Part shown: one piece after another, positions 9,709 to 19,324 of the stretch
Layout: each line of letters begins with the position of its first letter
How positions within the stretch are numbered: position 1 is the first letter of the stretch
Origin: an uncultured Bacilli bacterium
GTDB lineage: Bacteria; Bacillota_I; Bacilli_A; RF39; UBA660
Direction of reading: 5' to 3'
DNA: 64,000 nucleotides
NCBI GenBank assembly: GCA_934096275.1
Contig: CAKOLK010000005.1
Coordinates: 588 to 64,587, forward strand
The notes under the pieces: model-generated
Told to the model about the DNA's origin: nothing
What the model saw: the letters and a program-made list of their open reading frames with translations, nothing else
Database searches by the model: none
Translations under genes and position numbers: made by a program

Positions 9709-10974
9709 TTACATACTTAATTGATATGGATCAGAACTTGTTCCAGATCCTCCAGATATTTTAACTGTAGATGAAAGTGATACTGCTGGTCTATGCGCCG
9801 CAGAAGTAGTATCGCCATATACCTCACGGAAAAAATCTCCATTTACTGATATACCTGCAACTGTTTCTGCTCCACCACTAGAATCTGCGTCTAGAGCATC
9901 AAACGTATATTCACGCGAACCATAGTACAACCAATTATTAGTAATACAATTTTCCTTATCATCTGTAAAATTACAACTATTTGAAAAGCATTGCTTACTA
10001 CATGATGTGCTAGATGCATAATTATAGTCGCTAACAAGCATTAAATGCATTTTGGGATTTGCATACCACATACCCGTATCATTAGTAAAATAAATATTTA
10101 TTATCATATTCTTTGATACATCATCTAAGTTATTGTAATAACCAACAACATGATCAGGATCATAAACACTATTCAATGTTGCCTCAGATTTTATAAGTTT
10201 ATACCTTGTTTCAGTAACACCATCTGCATCTTTAATTGGAATCATTCCAATTATTCTCCATACATCATTATTAAAAGTTACATAATTATTTACATTTTTT
10301 CCTCTATATCGATAACTTGTAACCGTATCTGATTCTTTTACTTCTTCAAGTCCATTTTGTCCTACGTTCGCTTGTGCAAATTCACTAGCAGTCATAGCTT
10401 TATTTTTTATTTCTTCATCACTTGCTTCAATATTAAGAGCATATTTATATTCAATAGGTTTAGTTACATCTCCATTTACATATATATCACTATTTGTTGC
10501 ACTCTCATCTATCCATAATCTTATTTCATAAGATTTACTATTCCCCTTAGTTAATGAATCATTAACTAAAAAAGTATCAGGATTACTCCCATTCGTAGTA
10601 TTCCCACTAGCGTTATCAATTAATTGAAACTTTATCTTATTTTTATTAATTGATGAATTATTTAAATCTTTAATAGTTAATTTATAATATGCTGTATCAC
10701 ATGTAGAATTATTAGTTATGACTACATCTTTAGCTTTTAATTTTAAAGCTTCACTATCTTTAATTGGATACTTACTAACTAGCATTAACTCATCACTTTC
10801 TTTAAAGTTTATATCTAGTTCACATTTAGATATTTTTATATTTCTTCTTCCAAGTAAATTAATGCTAGGACTAAATAAAGCAAAAGAAATACCTGCGATT
10901 ATAAGTACTAATGCTAGTATTACTAATGCTAGTGAAGATTTACTTTTTTTAAATTTTTCTAACATTTCTTTCAT
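9709..10974 (-). CDS. secreted protein, paralog family member 1 (TasA/SipW-type N-terminus, lectin-like C-terminal domain ending RPAVSL)
   Basis: Signal anchor ...GISFALFS. C-terminal half aligns with the 555-aa paralog (EFAQANVGQNGLEE, YRYRGKNVNNYVTFNNDVWRIIGMIP, ...VKISGGSGTSSDPYQLS). Confidence 0.6.
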   Translation of the reverse strand: MKEMLEKFKKSKSSLALVILALVLIIAGISFALFSPSINLLGRRNIKISKCELDINFKESDELMLVSKYPIKDSEALKLKAKDVVITNNSTCDTAYYKLTIKDLNNSSINKNKIKFQLIDNASGNTTNGSNPDTFLVNDSLTKGNSKSYEIRLWIDESATNSDIYVNGDVTKPIEYKYALNIEASDEEIKNKAMTASEFAQANVGQNGLEEVKESDTVTSYRYRGKNVNNYVTFNNDVWRIIGMIPIKDADGVTETRYKLIKSEATLNSVYDPDHVVGYYNNLDDVSKNMIINIYFTNDTGMWYANPKMHLMLVSDYNYASSTSCSKQCFSNSCNFTDDKENCITNNWLYYGSREYTFDALDADSSGGAETVAGISVNGDFFREVYGDTTSAAHRPAVSLSSTVKISGGSGTSSDPYQLSM

Positions 10975-11044
10975 ATGAAAAACACTCCTTTAGTATTACT
11001 AAAATAATTATAAAATATTTTTAAATGTTTTTCAAGTACCTAAT

Positions 11045-11074
11045 ATTAAAAAACTAGAGTTAGTTCTCTAGTTT
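11045..11074 (-). terminator. rho-independent terminator after spoIIM
   Basis: 9-bp stem aaactagag/ctctagttt with a 6-nt loop, followed by a T-run on the minus strand. Confidence 0.6.
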
Positions 11075-11103
11075 CTATTTTAGTTTCCTGTTAATAATAC
11101 ATG

Positions 11104-11748
11104 TCAAATTATCATTTGATAAATCTTTATCATAAATGGATCTATAAATACTTCAAATATAGAACTAATTATAGATAAACATAAACAAAATAATAATATT
11201 TTATTATACTTTCTTATTTCTTCTTTTATATTTATTTCATCTTTTAAAAAGCATACTTTAAATAACTTTATAGATATATTAATTGCAAAAAAAGTAATTA
11301 TAAATGTATTTAATAATACTAATGTTTTAGAAAATAATAAATAACAAAGACTTACTACTATTCCTTTAATACCATATATACTTATAATAGCACTAATGCT
11401 AAAACCTAAACTAAAAAATGATGAAAAGAATATAAATAAAACAAGTGCTATTCCTATTATACTAATACCAAGTAACCATGTAATACCAGTATTAAATATA
11501 TTATTAAAGTTACTTTTTAAAAATAATGATACATAATCATAACTATCTTTTAATACAAAATAACTATTTATATTTTTATTTATTACATCTTTATCATTTA
11601 AATTAAGATTTAAATAAAAAATAATACCAGATATAAAACTAATAACAAGAAATGAAATTAAAAATATAAATATATTTTTTTTATTTAATTTTATATTTAA
11701 TTTAAATCTTTTTCTTAACTTAGTACTATTTTTTAATTTCATTTTCAT
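11104..11748 (-). CDS. spoIIM: stage II sporulation protein M
   Basis: 214 aa polytopic protein. GITWLLGISIIGIALVLFIFF matches the SpoIIM core (LMWILGISIIGLPVIL). Confidence 0.7.
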   Translation of the reverse strand: MKMKLKNSTKLRKRFKLNIKLNKKNIFIFLISFLVISFISGIIFYLNLNLNDKDVINKNINSYFVLKDSYDYVSLFLKSNFNNIFNTGITWLLGISIIGIALVLFIFFSSFFSLGFSISAIISIYGIKGIVVSLCYLLFSKTLVLLNTFIITFFAINISIKLFKVCFLKDEINIKEEIRKYNKILLFCLCLSIISSIFEVFIDPFMIKIYQMII

Positions 11749-11858
11749 TATATCACCTATTTAATTGTACTAATAATATATTTAATTATTATAAATATCA
11801 TCCAATTAATTTTGACATAATATCTAATAAATGCTATACTTTATATGGAGGGATTCTT

Positions 11859-11954
11859 ATGAATAAAACATTTCAAAAGATTATGACATATATAATGTTA
11901 ATTGCTATACTTGGTTCTACTATAGCAATAGTGGTATCTTATTTAGGATATTAA
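11859..11954 (+). CDS. possible 31-aa membrane peptide (MNKTFQKIMTYIMLIAILGSTIAIVVSYLGY)
   Basis: Strong GGAGGG Shine-Dalgarno 6 nt upstream of ATG; one TM segment. Confidence 0.35.
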   Translation: MNKTFQKIMTYIMLIAILGSTIAIVVSYLGY

Positions 11955-11989
11955 TTAGTTTAAAAAATAAAATATTAGACAACATAATA

Positions 11990-12520
11990 ATGGTGATTAT
12001 TATGTTTTTATTATGTTTTAAAATATTTTTTGCAAGAGTACTAGATGTATCGTTAGGAACCTTTAGAACCCTAGTAACAGTAAAAGGTAATTATAAAGAT
12101 GCTAGTATAATTGGTTTTTTTGAAGTTTTAATATGGTTTTTGATAGTAAAAGAAGCAATAAATACTGATAGTTCAAGCATACTTATAGGTATTAGTTACG
12201 CTTTAGGTTTTGCAACAGGAACATACGTCGGAGGAATAATATCTGCTCATTTTATAAAGGGTAATTATACTGTTCAAGTAATAACAGAAAAAGCTTATCC
12301 TGATATGTTAACTAGATTATATGAAAAAGGATATGCAATATCTATTATGGATATAAAAGGAATACATAAAAAAGATATGAATCTTTTATTTATTGAAACA
12401 AATAAAAATAATTTAAGTAGTCTTAATAGATTAATAAAAAGATATGATAAAAATGCTTTTATTGTAGTAAATGAAAGTAAATTAGTTATTAATGGTTATT
12501 TAAAAGACAAAGAAAACTAA
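11990..12520 (+). CDS. UPF0316 family membrane protein (DUF5698 plus DUF2179, YebE-like)
   Basis: RVLDVSLGTFRTLVTVKG N-terminal motif, followed by a soluble C-terminal domain. Confidence 0.7.
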   Translation: MVIIMFLLCFKIFFARVLDVSLGTFRTLVTVKGNYKDASIIGFFEVLIWFLIVKEAINTDSSSILIGISYALGFATGTYVGGIISAHFIKGNYTVQVITEKAYPDMLTRLYEKGYAISIMDIKGIHKKDMNLLFIETNKNNLSSLNRLIKRYDKNAFIVVNESKLVINGYLKDKEN

Positions 12521-13412
12521 ACACATTCTTAAATATAATATACATAGGTATACAAAATATTACCCCATATATATCAAATATAGCACTAAATATAACCATA
12601 GATAATATTATACCTAAAACAGGTAATTGTACTTTATTAGAATATATTTTAACCTCAACAAAATAATTATTAAGTACTGGTATAACAATCATAGCAATAG
12701 CACTAGCTATAAATAACTCCTTAGAGATAGACAATGCTGTAATTAATGCAATAAGATTGGTGAATAAGGCACCAATATATGGAATGATGCTTGTAAGACC
12801 ACTAAGGATGGCAAGAATAAGAAATAAGGGATGACCTATTAAGTAGTATATTACTAAGTATTCTATAATTTCTATAAACATTAATAAATAAAAACCTTTA
12901 AAATAATTATTTAAATCATTATATATATTAGATAATAATGAATGATATTTATCCTTAAAAAAACTCTTAATAAAAAGTATTATTCTATCAAAATAGAATA
13001 AAAAGTAAAAAGTAAGAAACAATATAAATATAAAATTAGTAAAAAGATTAATTGATTTAGTAATAAAATTAATATTTATATAATCATATATATAATTAAC
13101 TATCTTTATATTAAAATAATCTATTAATACTATAAACTCATCATATATAAGAGGAAATGAATAATATATTAAAATAAATAATATAAATAAAACACTAACT
13201 AATATAATAAACAATGATATATATTTATTCACTCTTTTACATAGTAACTTATATATAGGATAAAAACTAAAAGCAAAGAAAAAAGATAATAATATTGGAA
13301 TCAATATTTGTTTTAATATATTAAATATACTTATATATAAAGAAGAAGCACTATATATAAAGTATATTATTATACTAAAGATCATTATTAAGATAAGGTT
13401 TTTATATTTCAT
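12489..13412 (-). CDS. AI-2E family transporter-like membrane protein
   Basis: 307 aa polytopic protein; SGLTSIIPYIGALFTNLIALITAL resembles the AI-2E/UPF0118 core. Confidence 0.5.
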   Translation of the reverse strand: MKYKNLILIMIFSIIIYFIYSASSLYISIFNILKQILIPILLSFFFAFSFYPIYKLLCKRVNKYISLFIILVSVLFILFILIYYSFPLIYDEFIVLIDYFNIKIVNYIYDYININFITKSINLFTNFIFILFLTFYFLFYFDRIILFIKSFFKDKYHSLLSNIYNDLNNYFKGFYLLMFIEIIEYLVIYYLIGHPLFLILAILSGLTSIIPYIGALFTNLIALITALSISKELFIASAIAMIVIPVLNNYFVEVKIYSNKVQLPVLGIILSMVIFSAIFDIYGVIFCIPMYIIFKNVFSFLCLLNNH

Positions 13413-13642
13413 ATTAAATTATATGTATTTGTATAATAAATTATTAGTTAATGTATAAAGTTGAGTTTTGTAAATGATATAAATATCATACTTATCTTAA
13501 TTTATTATTTACACAGAAACATCATAATTATACAAAAAGCCATAAAATGTACTAAACATATTTATGGCTTTATTTTAAAATTATTAATCTTATTTTCTAC
13601 TGCTCGCCGCAAGATTTTACCTTGCAGGCTCGCTCAAGTTAC

Positions 13643-15310
13643 TCAACTGATACTAAGCATATACGGTTTTTGAGAAGTCCCTTCTCCACCTGAAATCTTT
13701 ACGTTAGATGATAGATAAAGGACTGGACGCGCGCCATTCCCGTTGCTGCGGACGCTATCGCTAAGGACACAGCCAGCCGAGCTCACACCGAAAATGCCGT
13801 TGAAACTATCTGAAGACTGCGGAATCAACCACTCATATTGTGATTTATCTAACCAATTATTTGTTGTTATGCAACTTGCTGAATCATTATAATTATATAA
13901 GTTACTTGTACATTTTTTTGATGATGCATATCCATAATCACTTGCATACATTAGTGCTATCTTTTTAGATGCATCATTTTGCATTATAGGGTTTGTTCCA
14001 TAATAGTAACCTGTTCTATTTGCTTCATTCTTTCTCTCATATTGCCACATTACATCTGATGTTATTTCTGAGGTATTATATCCCCCAAGATAATATTTTG
14101 TTGTTCCTATCATGTTTTTTGCATCAGTAGTCAGTGTATTATAATAATCATTATTTAAATATGTGTTTAACGTTGCCGTTGTCCAATCATTTGATGAAGT
14201 TTCATTCCATTTCTTATTTCCAATAGATTCATCTTTTATAATTTTTATTCTACTTTCTACATTGCCATTTGTATCTTCAGTTGGTATTATTCCTATTATT
14301 CTCCATGTTTCATTATTAAACGTTACATAATTATTTACGTTTCCTCCACGATATCTATATTCTGTTGCAAATTTATTATCTACTTGTAATGTATTATCTA
14401 TTGTGTGAGTTATTTGTTCAAGTCCATCAGTGCCAACTTTAGCTTGTGCAAACTCTGTTGCAGTCACACTTGGTACAACAACATTAATACTTTGTTTAAC
14501 ACTCTTGCCACCATAGCTAATAGTAACTTCAGTATTTGAAGTTATTAAAGCACCACTTGGACTAATAGTATAATCTTTTATTTCATATGATTTATTATTA
14601 TTTAGATTAGCTTTAACTACCATACCAGTCTTATCAAAAGATTCTCCTTCATTATATTCTGTCTTTGATGGAGGTGTTGTAATACTTAAACTATTAATCT
14701 TTCCATATTCAAAACTGTCCATAGATACATTAACAGTCATATTAAATGTACCACTACTCTTATAAGTACCTGTTTGACTAGTATCATCTTTACTATATTC
14801 AGTTTTAGCATTATTTACATAACTATACCTTAATACATAGTCATATGTTTTAGATTCATTAAATATTTGTATATTATTAGTCTTTAATATATATTCATTA
14901 TCTTTACCAGTTACTTTAGTTAAATCACTTAACTTAGTTTTATCTACTAATTTATTATTACTCTTGTCAAATAGTTCTACATATACTAAATCATTTGATA
15001 TAGTACTATTTTCATTTACTTTTAAAAATATAGAATAATCTATATCAAACATATAATTAGTATCAGTACTTGATGCCATTACATTAAAATTAAAATCTTG
15101 TTTATCATTACTACTAGGATTGTTCATAGTAACAGTATTAGATTCAGTAAAATTAAACTTAAAATCAGGTTGTGATACTAATAACTTATTTAAAGCAGTA
15201 CCAGGTATACTTGCATTATAAACTGCAAGTGAACCTATTGCTAACACTAATATTAATCCTAAAGTACACAAAGTAATCTTTAATATCTTTTTCTTTTTAC
15301 TTTCTTCCAT
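13643..15310 (-). CDS. secreted protein, paralog family member 2 (TasA/SipW-type N-terminus, Ig-like domain, lectin-like C-terminal domain with an adenine-poor patch)
   Basis: Signal anchor, Ig-like segment (SITTPPSKTEYNEGESFDKTGMVVKA...), then the shared domain ending ARPVLYLSSNVKISGGEGTSQKPYMLS. Confidence 0.6.
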   Translation of the reverse strand: MEESKKKKILKITLCTLGLILVLAIGSLAVYNASIPGTALNKLLVSQPDFKFNFTESNTVTMNNPSSNDKQDFNFNVMASSTDTNYMFDIDYSIFLKVNENSTISNDLVYVELFDKSNNKLVDKTKLSDLTKVTGKDNEYILKTNNIQIFNESKTYDYVLRYSYVNNAKTEYSKDDTSQTGTYKSSGTFNMTVNVSMDSFEYGKINSLSITTPPSKTEYNEGESFDKTGMVVKANLNNNKSYEIKDYTISPSGALITSNTEVTISYGGKSVKQSINVVVPSVTATEFAQAKVGTDGLEQITHTIDNTLQVDNKFATEYRYRGGNVNNYVTFNNETWRIIGIIPTEDTNGNVESRIKIIKDESIGNKKWNETSSNDWTTATLNTYLNNDYYNTLTTDAKNMIGTTKYYLGGYNTSEITSDVMWQYERKNEANRTGYYYGTNPIMQNDASKKIALMYASDYGYASSKKCTSNLYNYNDSASCITTNNWLDKSQYEWLIPQSSDSFNGIFGVSSAGCVLSDSVRSNGNGARPVLYLSSNVKISGGEGTSQKPYMLSIS

Positions 15311-15399
15311 AACAAAACACCTCTTTAGTATCTATTAATAATTTAACATATTTTCATTATTTTATCAATAATTATTTTTTTATTTCATATTAATTAATT

Positions 15400-16695
15400 A
15401 TGAAAGATAAGTTTATTAAATCTACAATTATTCTTATTATTGGTGGCTTTATTACTAAAATATTATCTTTAGTAATTAGAATAATAACTACTAGATATAT
15501 TGGTACATATGCAATAGGACTATATATGATGATAATGCCTACTTTTTCATTATTTATTACTATATGTACACTTAGTCTACCACTTGCAATAAGTAAATTA
15601 GTATCAGAAAATAAAAGAAATAATAAAAAAATAATATTTGGTATAATACCAATTGCTATTATATTTGATATTTTTATTATGCTTATATTAATTATAATAA
15701 GTCCTTTTATTAGTAATAATTTACTTTCTAATAAAGATTTATATTATCCTATACTATGTATTAGTTTTACTCTTCCATTTATTACATTATCAAGTATAGC
15801 AAGAGGATATTTCTTTGGTAAAGAAAAAATGATACCTCATACTGTATCTAATTTATTTGAACAAATAGTAAGAATAATTATAACTATTCTTATTACACCA
15901 TATCTTTTAAAATATGGTATTATAACAACAATATGTGGTCTTGTTTTATATAATGTAATAAGTGAAATAGCATCAATATTTATATTATTTTTATTTTTAC
16001 CTAAAAAAGTGACTATTAAAAAAAGTGATATCATAATAGATCCTCATGATATAAAAGATTTAATGAGTATATCAATTCCTACGACTGCAGGCAGATTAAT
16101 AAGTTCAATCAGTATGTTTCTAGAGCCAATTCTTATTACTTTTGTTCTATTAAAACTAGGTTATGACAATAACTATATCATTCATGAATACGGAATAATA
16201 ACAGGATATATTATTCCTATGGTTACTCTTCCATGTTTTCTTAGCAGTGCCATTAGCAATGCATTATTACCTACTCTTACTAAATTAAATGAGTTAAAAG
16301 ATTATAAAGGAATTAAAAGAAAAATAAAGCAAGCTATTATATTTAGTTTATTAATCGGAGGATTATGCTCTATAATATTAATACTATTTCCAAGTGAGAT
16401 AATGAACTTAATATTTAATGAATCACTTGGTATAGATTATTTAATATTTGCAACATTTATATTTTTAATATCATATATTGTGGGACCACTTAGTACTGCT
16501 TTACAAGCAATGAATAAAAGTAAAAATGTTATGTATTCAAATCTATTTAGTAGTATTATTAAAAATGTTATATTGTTTATTTTATTATTCTTAGATATAA
16601 ATATGTATGCACTTCTTATTGCTTATCTATTTCAATTCTTATTTATTACAATATATCAATACCTAGTAATTAAGCAAGATTTAAGCAAGATTTAA
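15400..16695 (+). CDS. MOP-superfamily flippase (SpoVB / polysaccharide biosynthesis protein-like)
   Basis: 431 aa with 12 or more TM segments; the N-terminus KSTIILIIGGFITKILSLVIRIITTRYIG is typical of SpoVB/MurJ-like proteins. Confidence 0.65.
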   Translation: MKDKFIKSTIILIIGGFITKILSLVIRIITTRYIGTYAIGLYMMIMPTFSLFITICTLSLPLAISKLVSENKRNNKKIIFGIIPIAIIFDIFIMLILIIISPFISNNLLSNKDLYYPILCISFTLPFITLSSIARGYFFGKEKMIPHTVSNLFEQIVRIIITILITPYLLKYGIITTICGLVLYNVISEIASIFILFLFLPKKVTIKKSDIIIDPHDIKDLMSISIPTTAGRLISSISMFLEPILITFVLLKLGYDNNYIIHEYGIITGYIIPMVTLPCFLSSAISNALLPTLTKLNELKDYKGIKRKIKQAIIFSLLIGGLCSIILILFPSEIMNLIFNESLGIDYLIFATFIFLISYIVGPLSTALQAMNKSKNVMYSNLFSSIIKNVILFILLFLDINMYALLIAYLFQFLFITIYQYLVIKQDLSKI

Positions 16696-16743
16696 GTAAG
16701 ATACACCTTGATTTTTCGGGAAAAAGATAAAATTAACCAAAAT

Positions 16744-16773
16744 AAAAATCAGTCACAATGAACTGATTTTTTT
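16744..16773. terminator. bidirectional terminator between convergent genes
   Basis: aatcagt/actgatt stem flanked by an A-run and a T-run, between the flippase gene (+) and argS (-). Confidence 0.6.
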
Positions 16774-18472
16774 ACATTTGGCTAGGTATTTCTATAATTA
16801 ATAAACTAAGTAATTTTTCCATAACAGTATATGTATAAGATAATAAATTAACCCAATCTTTTTTATTATCTAGATCTTCTAGATTAGAAATATTATTATT
16901 TTGATAGAAAGTATTAGTTAATACTGCTAAATCATATAAGAACTCTGCTATATAATGAGGCATTCTTTCATCACAAGCACGTGTCACTACATTGTTTACT
17001 TCAAGTAATTTTTTTCTTAGATTTCGATCGTCTTCGTTATATATCTTATTACTTAAAACATTATCAACTAAGTTAGAATTAATAATTTTTCTAATTCTAA
17101 CTGCAGTATATAGTATATATGGTCCAGTCTTACCATTTACATCTGCAAACTTTTCTATATCAAAGATATAATTTTTTTCACGATTATTTTGAAGATCAGC
17201 AAACTTTAATATTGAATTAACGATAATATCTATATCACTAGGTTTCATATTTTTATTAGATTCTTTTTTAGAGATAAATATTTGTTTAGTTTGTTCAATT
17301 AAATCATCTAGTTTTAAAGTTTCACCGCTTCTTGTTTTAAATGGTTTACCATCTGGTCCATTAATTGTACCAAATGCATCGTGTTCTAAAATGACACCAT
17401 TAGTTAAGCCACTTATTTCGCAAGCTCTAAATACTTGTTCAAAATATAAGCTTTGTCTATTGTCTACGACATAAAGGATATAATCTGGTTTAAAGTCTTT
17501 CATTCTTTGATAAATAGTAGCAAGGTCGCTAGTGGCATATAAGAATCCACCACTTTTTCCTTGGATAATAAGTGGAGGTACAAGTTTTTTATCATCTTCT
17601 TTAGCTACTCTTATTATTTTAGCACCATCATCGACTTCTAAAACGCCTTTGGATTCGAAAAACTTCATTAAATCGTTCATGTATTTATAGCTATCTCTTT
17701 CACCATACCAATAATCAAATGAAACTCCTAAATACTTATATATTCTTTTTATATCATTAAGTGATGCATCATACATTGCTTTGAAACATTCATTATATTC
17801 TTCATTATTTCCATCTTGTAATTCTTTAGTAATTTTTCTACATTCACTTGCAACATCCTCATCAGTTTTACATAAAGCACTCATCTTTGGATATATGTCT
17901 TGTAGGATTTCAATGTTTATATCTTTAGCACTAAGTCCCCTCTTTTTTAATCCATATATTACTTGTCCCATTTGAAGTCCAAAGTCTCCAAGGTGCACAT
18001 CTCCGATTACTTTATAACCTTTTTCTTTTAATATTTCATATATAGATTGTCCAATTATCGCAGGTCTAATATGTCCAACATGAAGAGGTTTAGCTATATT
18101 AGGACCTCCATAGTCTATTACACAGGTTTTATCTTCGTTAATTTTTTCTATACCAAAATTACCTGAAGAAATACTCTTATTAAGTTCGTTTAAAATAAGT
18201 TTATCACTTATTTTAATATTAATAAAACCAGGTTTTGCAAAAACTACAGAATCAAAGTAATCATCAAAATCTGAGCAATTATTAATCATATTAGTAATAT
18301 GTTCTCCGACTTCAATAGGATTTTTTCTTTCTTCTTTTGCTATTTGAAAAACACTATTAATTTGATAATCACATAGCTCTGGTCTATTGGAAATACTTAC
18401 CTTAGCATATTTTTCGTCTAAATTGTTTTCTTTAAAAATATTAAGTATTTTACTTTCTAATTTTTCTTTCAT
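16772..18472 (-). CDS. argS: arginine--tRNA ligase
   Basis: GPNIAKPLHVGH (HIGH motif) and a class I fold, behind a T-box with an Arg specifier. Start set at the ATG with a GGGTGA RBS. Confidence 0.95.
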   Translation of the reverse strand: MKEKLESKILNIFKENNLDEKYAKVSISNRPELCDYQINSVFQIAKEERKNPIEVGEHITNMINNCSDFDDYFDSVVFAKPGFINIKISDKLILNELNKSISSGNFGIEKINEDKTCVIDYGGPNIAKPLHVGHIRPAIIGQSIYEILKEKGYKVIGDVHLGDFGLQMGQVIYGLKKRGLSAKDINIEILQDIYPKMSALCKTDEDVASECRKITKELQDGNNEEYNECFKAMYDASLNDIKRIYKYLGVSFDYWYGERDSYKYMNDLMKFFESKGVLEVDDGAKIIRVAKEDDKKLVPPLIIQGKSGGFLYATSDLATIYQRMKDFKPDYILYVVDNRQSLYFEQVFRACEISGLTNGVILEHDAFGTINGPDGKPFKTRSGETLKLDDLIEQTKQIFISKKESNKNMKPSDIDIIVNSILKFADLQNNREKNYIFDIEKFADVNGKTGPYILYTAVRIRKIINSNLVDNVLSNKIYNEDDRNLRKKLLEVNNVVTRACDERMPHYIAEFLYDLAVLTNTFYQNNNISNLEDLDNKKDWVNLLSYTYTVMEKLLSLLIIEIPSQM

Positions 18473-18489
18473 ATAAATCACCCTTTCAA

Positions 18490-18692
18490 TAAAAAAGATC
18501 TATAAAATAAGGACGAAAGACTCCGTGGTACCACCTTACTTCATAGAACTCTATGCACTCTTTTTTTAACGCAAAACTACGTTTAAGCTCAAAGATACGT
18601 TCATAAAACACTTATTATTAGGTTTTCACTATCCCTAACTCACTAAAACAGTAATCTTTATTACTACTTCTTTTCATTGCTTAATAATATAG
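18490..18692 (-). promoter_or_regulatory. T-box leader with Arg (CGU) specifier
   Basis: Minus strand carries AATGAAAAGAAGTAGTA (GA/K-turn and AGUA), AGTGAG, specifier context GAA-CGT-A (codon at 18597-18599), and the T-box sequence GGTGGTACCACGG (18523-18535). Confidence 0.8.
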
Positions 18693-18696
18693 GAAA

Positions 18697-18725
18697 ATAA
18701 TAACAAAAAAACTTTTCCTTGTCAA
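18697..18725 (-). promoter_or_regulatory. likely sigma-A promoter of the argS T-box leader
   Basis: TTGACA-17 nt-TATTAT on the minus strand. Confidence 0.45.
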
Positions 18726-18748
18726 TAGTTTCCAATAAAATAATTTTA

Positions 18749-19310
18749 GGCAAAAAAAATAGACCGCTACCGAAAATAGCTATCTTACAAAAAACAACTC
18801 AATGTTTTTTTCCCTGCATATATAATATAACATAACCAGTAATACTATGTCAACTATATTTGGGTAAAAAAATAGACCCCTATCCGAAAATAGCTGCCTT
18901 ACAAAAAACAACTCAATGTTTTTTTACTTGCTCATATAATATAACATATCTAGTAATACTATGTCAACTATATTTGGGCAAAAAAATAGACCGCTATCCG
19001 AAAATAACTATCTTACAAAAAACAACTCAATGTTTTTTTCCCTGCATATATAATATAACATAACCAGTAATACTATGTCAACTATATTTGGGCAAAAAAA
19101 TAGACCCCTACCGAAAATAGCTGCCTTACAAAAAACAACTCAATGTTTTTTTCCCTGCATATATAATATAACATATCTAGTAATACTATGTCAACTATAT
19201 TTGGGCAAAAAAATAGACCCCTACCGAAAATAGCTGCCTTACAAAAAACAACTTAATGTTTTTTTACTTGCACATATAATATAACATAACCAGTAATACT
19301 ATGTCAATAT
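18749..19310. repeat. five tandem copies of a 113/114-bp repeat
   Basis: Copy starts at 18749, 18863, 18977, 19091 and 19204. Two sequence variants at four polymorphic blocks are shuffled between copies. Confidence 0.9.
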
Positions 19311-19324
19311 TTCTTATAAAGTTT

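Noticed and set aside
13461-13673. 70-aa plus-strand ORF across the intergenic region downstream of the 555-aa gene
   Set aside because: It spans the GC-rich hairpin and overlaps the gene end, has no RBS, and gives a low-complexity Ile/Leu-rich translation.
18860-19063. 67-aa plus-strand ORF inside the tandem repeat
   Set aside because: The frame stays open only because the repeat period (114) is a multiple of three. There is no RBS, and other copies have stops in the same frame.
18749-19310. Possible CRISPR array
   Set aside because: The 114-bp units abut directly, with no unique spacers between them. The unit is far longer than CRISPR repeats, and no cas genes are in the window.
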